Virus record (IMG/VR): IMGVR_UViG_3300045988_150938
Source: a virus
DNA: 30,727 nucleotides
Reading direction: 5' to 3' (one strand)
Position 1 is the stretch's first letter. Every line of letters begins with the position of its first letter. Of this stretch, positions 25,822 through 30,727 are shown one piece after another. The position numbers and the translations under genes were made by a program. The notes under the pieces are model-generated. The model saw only the letters and a program-made list of their open reading frames with translations, did not search any database and was not told the origin of the DNA.

Positions 25822-27624
25822 ATGGATCGTCATTTAACGGAAATTGTATTATTTAAAAATACTCCTCTTAATGATTTTCAAAATACTATTCATTTTAAAT
25901 CAGATGAGGATCGAGACAATTATTTTCTTAAAGAAAACCATTTTAAAAAAATAAATTTTGATACTGGTTTTAATTTCGTGAGAGATCGTCTGCAAATTAA
26001 AGCACCGATTGAATATGCAAAATGTGATGGTGTCAACTATTGTACTTTTATATCTTCACGTGATAATAAACGGTACTATGCTTTCGTGATGTCTTATCAA
26101 TACATTAATGAAAAAGTTACTAGATTGAATTTAATAATTGATGTGGTTATGACGTTTACGCAAGGTAAAACATTGAATACATTGAAAAATATCCATGTTA
26201 TTAGAGAGCATTTAAATCGATCAGACTATATAAAATATTTACCATTGTTGAGAACTAATGGAGATATATTAAATACAACAACAAAAGCATATGTTCAAAC
26301 TAAATTAAAATCGTTTAAATCCTACTTTGTTGTTTTTCAGAGTTCAGTTGATTTATCAAAAGAATTCGGAACTGTAGATGCACCCAAAATGGAAACATCA
26401 CAAGGAAATCAATATGACAATATGACTAGCCCAGTAAATCTTTATGCGATTCATTATGAATACTTTAATGGATTAATGAAAATTTTAGCTCCGTATCCGT
26501 GGATTATGCAGAACATTCAATTACTCATGATGATACCTGACGATTTTATAAACTTAGAAGATTTGGTAACTGTTAAAGCAAAAGAATTTAATTATGAAAA
26601 CCTGAAAACGTTCAAGAAAGGTGGGAAATCTCTTAACAAAGAACTTGATGGAATTAACTATTCTATTAATGAGTTATGTAATATATATGGAATTGACCAT
26701 AATGAGGAAAAACATTTGTTAAGAACAGGATACACAACAGCAGAAATTTATAGTTGGGATGGTCAAAGGATTTTATTAGATAACGCATTTTTAGATGAAA
26801 ACACTGGCATTAAATTCAGAGCGAAAACATCTATTGGTTATGAGAATAAGATTGCACTTTACCCAATTAATTATAAAACAACGGAAAAAGAAAAAGCTGT
26901 TAAAAATTCAAAAGGTGAAATTCTGATTGATAAAGGTTCATTTTTGAATGACGCAATCATTTACGACAATTTCACAGAATTACCTATTTTAATCGATAAT
27001 TATCGACTATCAAAAGCAAGTAATGCGTACAGTAGACAATTAGCGGAGGACAGATTGCCATCCAACCGAATAAATTCAACTGTTAAAGATATTACTTCTG
27101 GGAATCTATTAGGTAATATGCAATCGGGTAATTTACAAGGAACACAAGGAAGTTTCTATAATGCTGTAAATCTATTAAGCGATTTAAAACCACAATCAGT
27201 TTTATCAAAATTCGAAAATGAATACGAATTTTATAGAAATCAACGAGCAGAGTTCGCAGATATGGCATTAAAAGCACCGACAATAACAAATCAAAGTCCT
27301 GGTACTGCTTTTCAAATGGCTAATGAAATAAATGGTCTTACTATAAAACTTTCTGCACCTTCAGAACAAGAATTTGCTAAAGTAAAAAAATATTACAAGA
27401 TGTTTGGATATGAAATTGAAGAAGATGGAAAACAAATAAGTGATATCGAAAGTATGACTATTTGTAATTTTTTACAAATTAGAGGTAATTACAAGATACA
27501 CGGAGTTGATGTAGCTTTGATGGAGCAACTAAAAGCACAATTGGAAAATGGTGTACGTTTTTGGCATAACAATAATACTAGCAATCCTATGGAACAAGAT
27601 ATCCAAAAAAACAAAATGAGGTGA
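25822..27624 (+). CDS. phi29 gp9-like tail knob (distal tube) protein.
   Basis: KRYYAFVMSYQYINEKVTRLNLIIDVVMTF...IHVIREHL matches phi29 [32 protein letters not shown]...FIVREHV. C-terminal GVRFWHNNNTSNP matches GITLWHTDNIGNY. 600 aa from ATG 25822 versus 599 aa for gp9. RBS aaggaagtga. Confidence 0.8.
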   Translation: MDRHLTEIVLFKNTPLNDFQNTIHFKSDEDRDNYFLKENHFKKINFDTGFNFVRDRLQIKAPIEYAKCDGVNYCTFISSRDNKRYYAFVMSYQYINEKVTRLNLIIDVVMTFTQGKTLNTLKNIHVIREHLNRSDYIKYLPLLRTNGDILNTTTKAYVQTKLKSFKSYFVVFQSSVDLSKEFGTVDAPKMETSQGNQYDNMTSPVNLYAIHYEYFNGLMKILAPYPWIMQNIQLLMMIPDDFINLEDLVTVKAKEFNYENLKTFKKGGKSLNKELDGINYSINELCNIYGIDHNEEKHLLRTGYTTAEIYSWDGQRILLDNAFLDENTGIKFRAKTSIGYENKIALYPINYKTTEKEKAVKNSKGEILIDKGSFLNDAIIYDNFTELPILIDNYRLSKASNAYSRQLAEDRLPSNRINSTVKDITSGNLLGNMQSGNLQGTQGSFYNAVNLLSDLKPQSVLSKFENEYEFYRNQRAEFADMALKAPTITNQSPGTAFQMANEINGLTIKLSAPSEQEFAKVKKYYKMFGYEIEEDGKQISDIESMTICNFLQIRGNYKIHGVDVALMEQLKAQLENGVRFWHNNNTSNPMEQDIQKNKMR

Positions 27625-27628
27625 AAAT

Positions 27629-29008
27629 ATGCCGCTATTAAATTATGATCAGCAATATGATTATCTAAACAAGCTAGTGCAAGCGTGTAAAAAGGCAGGC
27701 ATACCTAAGGAAACAACAATAGCTTTGGCAATTAATGCAGCTCATGAATCTTATTTAAACCCATGGACAATTGAAGGAGCTATTAATCCTGGACCTCCTT
27801 TGGGTGCGAACGGTTGGGATGATGGAGCTTCTGGAGGAGGTCTTTGGCAATGGACGCCATTTGCTGGCAAAATAACATTGGGCGATTTTGATGGACAAGT
27901 AGCTTTTATGATTTCTTATAAGCAACAATGGGATATAACTGGATCGTGGTTTAGAGCGGCAGGACTACCAGACCCTACTCCTAAAATAGAGAATTTTGAC
28001 CAATTTTTATATAACCAGCTTGGTTATGATTCTGTAGCTCTAACAAAAGCTTTTATAGGCTACTGGGAAAGGCCAGCGTATAACCCTGGTACTATTAGAT
28101 ATAACACAGCTCAGGAAGAAGTCGCAGAAATTGAACCTTTGGTTAATAAGTATTGGGGAAATACTGGGAACGAAAAACCTAGTGAAGGTTCTCCAGGTGG
28201 TGGAGGTTCTGGTAGCAAGAATCCTGAAAAGCCAGATAAAGAAGATATACCAAATGATAATGTAGGGTTATCAGATGCGATTAAAAGCATAGTAAATGAA
28301 TTCCTAAAAAAATATGATGATGCTATGAAGAAACAAGTCTATATGATGGATGGCGGTAAAAATACTTATTCAAATTCAAGTGTTAAAGTAATGAAAACAT
28401 ACAACAATTTGATGACTGTTAAAATGACGAATAATTTTATAGAATCTCTAAAAAAATTAATGGATGAAAGTAAACAACCATCTAACAAACCACCTTCTCC
28501 GCCACCAGAAACAAAACCAGATAATCCGCCAAACAATCCTCCCGATGAACCTCCTAAGAATATGGATGGTATTTATAATTGGGCATTAAATAATTTAGGC
28601 CAAACTTTTAACTATCCAGCGGCTCATCCAGGATCAGGTCCTCAATGTGTAGACTTAATTAAAGCTTTATCAGAATTTTATCTTCCAGGCAATCCATTAG
28701 CTCCTGCATTAAGTTACGGTAATGCGCAAGACATATATTCACATGATCTTCCTGCTGGTTGGGAACACGTGCAAGGAGATATCGGTAATGATGATAATGC
28801 AAAAAAAATATGGGATTCATTACCAAATGGAGCGATAGTATTTTGGCTATATTCTGAATATGGACATGTGGGAATAAAAGCCGGTAATAATGGGCTAGAT
28901 ACAATTAACCAAAATTATAACGGCACTCCATACGTTACTCGTGATGATATTTGGTATTGGCAACACGTTTTAGGCGCTGGATTTTTGGGTGCGTGGATTA
29001 CTAAATAA
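27629..29008 (+). CDS. Tail-associated peptidoglycan hydrolase. N-terminal lytic-transglycosylase/lysozyme-like domain (AINAAHESYLNPW), Pro-rich linker, C-terminal CHAP domain.
   Basis: ES catalytic-type motif. Linker PSNKPPSPPPETKPDNPPNNPPDEPP. CHAP Cys (GPQCVDLIK) and His (EYGHVGIK). Confidence 0.7.
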   Translation: MPLLNYDQQYDYLNKLVQACKKAGIPKETTIALAINAAHESYLNPWTIEGAINPGPPLGANGWDDGASGGGLWQWTPFAGKITLGDFDGQVAFMISYKQQWDITGSWFRAAGLPDPTPKIENFDQFLYNQLGYDSVALTKAFIGYWERPAYNPGTIRYNTAQEEVAEIEPLVNKYWGNTGNEKPSEGSPGGGGSGSKNPEKPDKEDIPNDNVGLSDAIKSIVNEFLKKYDDAMKKQVYMMDGGKNTYSNSSVKVMKTYNNLMTVKMTNNFIESLKKLMDESKQPSNKPPSPPPETKPDNPPNNPPDEPPKNMDGIYNWALNNLGQTFNYPAAHPGSGPQCVDLIKALSEFYLPGNPLAPALSYGNAQDIYSHDLPAGWEHVQGDIGNDDNAKKIWDSLPNGAIVFWLYSEYGHVGIKAGNNGLDTINQNYNGTPYVTRDDIWYWQHVLGAGFLGAWITK

Positions 29009-29044
29009 TATTATAACTAACATAGATATTAGTAGAAAATAATA

Positions 29045-29087
29045 AAAAGAACCTTATTCTATTTTTATAGAAAGGTTCTTTTTTTTG
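29045..29087 (+). terminator. Rho-independent terminator (aaaagaacctt / aaggttctttt followed by a T-run) ending the late operon.
   Basis: 11-bp stem plus T8. Confidence 0.85.
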
Positions 29088-29115
29088 AAACCAAGCTAAA
29101 AACAAGATATACCAC

Positions 29116-29144
29116 TTGACAATACGTGTTTACACGTATATAAT
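29116..29144 (+). promoter_or_regulatory. Consensus sigma-A promoter (ttgaca, 17 nt, tataat) with an inverted repeat acgtg-ttta-cacgt inside the spacer. Likely the hicAB promoter and operator.
   Basis: Read directly: cacttgacaatacgtgtttacacgtatataata. Confidence 0.75.
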
Positions 29145-29169
29145 AATAAGTGTAAGGAGGTAGTCGCGA

Positions 29170-29358
29170 ATGCCACTTACCGGAAAGCAAATGCTAAAGC
29201 TCTTAAAAAATAATGGTTGGATTGAACGAAGACAAGAAGGCTCACATCATCACTTATACAAAGATGGCGTAAGAATTACAGTACCAGTTCATGGAAATCA
29301 AGATTTAGGAAAAGGGCTAGAGCGAAAAATCTTAAAAGATGCAGGGCTAAAAAAATAG
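29170..29358 (+). CDS. hicA: HicA-family mRNA interferase toxin.
   Basis: KQMLKLLKNNGWIERRQEGSHHHLYK...ITVPVHGNQDLGKGLERKILKDAGL is a near-canonical HicA. Confidence 0.9.
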   Translation: MPLTGKQMLKLLKNNGWIERRQEGSHHHLYKDGVRITVPVHGNQDLGKGLERKILKDAGLKK

Positions 29359-29387
29359 CCCTCGTCTTTCAAGAGAAGGAGGTACTT

Positions 29388-29597
29388 ATGTTTGAAAATG
29401 GAGAAATCATTTTATATCAAAATGGAGAACGGTATGAAGTTGGTATTGTTAAGGAGAGATACGATAATAGCGAAGGTATAGAAAGTTATCGTGTTTACTA
29501 TCATTCAGGCGATACTACTGCTTTGACAAATGCAACAGACATGAAAAAAATTTGCAATGAAGCAATGCTTCCTGAAATGTTAAGAAAGTTTGTATAA
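29388..29597 (+). CDS. Hypothetical 69-aa protein inserted between hicA and hicB.
   Basis: Strong RBS agaaggaggt. No recognisable motif. Confidence 0.55.
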   Translation: MFENGEIILYQNGERYEVGIVKERYDNSEGIESYRVYYHSGDTTALTNATDMKKICNEAMLPEMLRKFV

Positions 29598-29611
29598 AGG
29601 GAGGGAACATC

Positions 29612-30073
29612 ATGTCATTACAAACATCTTTGAAAGTAGCTTATCCTGCTATTTTTCATCCAGAAGAGGGTGGAGGATACTTTATTGAATTTCCAGATGT
29701 TCAAGGAGCGTATACAGGTATAAATGAAAATGATATAGCCTATGGTTTATTGATGGCTGAAGAAGTTTTAGGTATGGTGTTAGCTGATTATATTGAAAAT
29801 AATGAGACGTTGCCTAAAGCAAGTGAATTAAATAGTATAAGTCATAAACCTGATGAATTTGTAACTATGGTTTTAGTTGATATAGAAGAATATTTTAAAG
29901 ACATGAAACCAGTAAAAAAGACGCTAACGATCCCAAGTTGGGCCAATAACTGGGGAAATAGAGTAGGAATAAATTTTTCGCAACTGTTAACGGAATCGAT
30001 CGCACAGACAGCAATAAATTACACACAAGAGACATTAAAGGAAACAAAAGAAAAATACGAAGTAAAAAATTAA
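29612..30073 (+). CDS. hicB: HicB-family antitoxin.
   Basis: YPAIFHPEEGGGYFIEFPDVQGAYTGINENDIAYGLLMAEEVL matches the HicB N-terminal RNase-H-like fold signature. RBS aagggagggaa. Confidence 0.8.
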   Translation: MSLQTSLKVAYPAIFHPEEGGGYFIEFPDVQGAYTGINENDIAYGLLMAEEVLGMVLADYIENNETLPKASELNSISHKPDEFVTMVLVDIEEYFKDMKPVKKTLTIPSWANNWGNRVGINFSQLLTESIAQTAINYTQETLKETKEKYEVKN

Positions 30074-30098
30074 GCGTTGTATGAAAAATCATACAACG
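30062..30098. terminator. Bidirectional stem-loop (aacgttgtatg / catacaacgtt followed by tttttt). It is the mirror of the hairpin at 627-662 and the inner edge of the right inverted repeat.
   Basis: Read directly. Partner of the left-arm hairpin. Confidence 0.75.
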
Positions 30099-30727
30099 TT
30101 TTTTTGTGAAGAGAAGAAGAAAGTAACCAAGAAAGTTACATAGCAAATATTAAGAATATCATAAGAATACGAATATGACAAAAACGAACAATACAGCTAT
30201 TAATAATAGAAATAACAATAAATAGTTCGTGTTTTGTAAATAGATGTTATTTAATTATTAACATAAAATAACACTATTATTCAAAAGTAGAAATATAGGA
30301 AACGATTTAAAAGATGCGAACGGTTAGATACTACGTTAACAAAATTATAAGAAATAAAATTGTCAGAAAATTCAGAAATATAAAAATCTATTTAAATGAA
30401 AAAGCGGCAGACGCGGAAAATTAAATAAAAGCTGTTATATCAAGTATAAATCTGTATAAAATAGTAGTTAATCGAGAGCGAAGCGGTTCGATTGTAGCCG
30501 AGGGCTATGCCCGCGGCGTGACAGACCAAGCCTTCAGGCTTGATTGTTCGTTCCGCTTGCGGAAGGGACAAAGGGTTCCCGATAAGGAAAGATAAAAAAT
30601 AGAGGAGTAAAATAACAAGAGGGAACAGACAGCGACCAAGGCGCTTGCGCCGAAGTGTCGGCACCACGGAGCCAATGGCGAACATTTCACCCGAAGGGGG
30701 AAATGGGCGGCATTTGACGCTCCGGGG
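30063..30727. repeat. Right terminal inverted repeat. Positions 30468-30727 are identical to the reverse complement of 1-260. Positions 30063-30467 are the diverged AT-rich part.
   Basis: As for the left repeat. Confidence 0.9.

Noticed and set aside
7534-30146. Other short minus-strand ORFs in the plus-strand operons (7534..7773, 10641..10829, 10883..11113, 11163..11459, 14379..14627, 15190..15447, 15210..15398, 17168..17353, 18351..18641, 19115..19309, 23482..23745, 23943..24152, 24541..24867, 24892..25080, 27092..27289, 28659..28904, 29895..30146) and plus-strand internal ORFs (15072..15263, 24641..24829, 25453..25656).
   Set aside because: All are embedded in or antisense to strongly supported genes, lack RBSs, and have low-complexity or odd composition. 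They are treated as frame artefacts of AT-rich DNA.
1-30727. Interpretation as a circular molecule with a ~1.3-kb palindrome at the junction, or as an element integrated in a host chromosome.
   Set aside because: A 520-bp perfect palindrome would be highly unstable in a circle. No integrase, att-like direct repeats or host flanks are present. The window begins and ends exactly at the repeat termini, so a linear replicon is the simpler reading. This is not proven.

Overview
The window looks like one complete linear, low-GC (Firmicutes-type) mobile element of about 30.7 kb, bounded by ~665-bp terminal inverted repeats. The outer 260 bp of each repeat are identical and unusually GC-rich; the inner ~400 bp are AT-rich and about 85-90% identical.

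Left arm (mostly minus strand): a plasmid-type maintenance block. It has a ParA ATPase with a small ribbon-helix-helix partner, a palindromic array of 8-bp repeat units present as two 54-bp copies, and a RepA_N-family initiator. It also has a membrane-anchored, Ser-rich protein that is a candidate for superinfection exclusion, and a LexA/CI-like S24 autoproteolytic repressor that faces a Cro-like gene across three 16-bp operators.

Middle (plus strand): an early operon of small unknown genes, including an ASCH/DUF3850 domain protein and an MmcB-like PD-(D/E)XK protein. It is followed by a DnaD-like replisome organizer, a DnaI/DnaC-like helicase loader, a zinc-ribbon protein and an XRE regulator.

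Right two-thirds (plus strand): a morphogenesis and lysis module. I can align its proteins by eye to phi29-like podoviruses: a gp16-like encapsidation ATPase, a gp10-like connector, a gp9-like tail knob, a gp12-sized appendage, a tail-associated lysin (SLT-like plus CHAP), and small acidic or coiled-coil scaffold-like proteins. It also carries a collagen-like fibre gene, a fibre-repeat paralog cassette, two holin-like genes and an Amidase_2 endolysin. A hicA-orf-hicB operon, driven by a consensus sigma-A promoter, sits against the right repeat.

No family-B DNA polymerase or recognisable terminal protein is present. The element therefore appears to be a temperate, plasmid-like relative of the protein-primed phi29 lineage whose replication module has been replaced by RepA_N/DnaD/DnaI-type functions.

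All protein assignments come from reading motifs in the translations. No database search was run.
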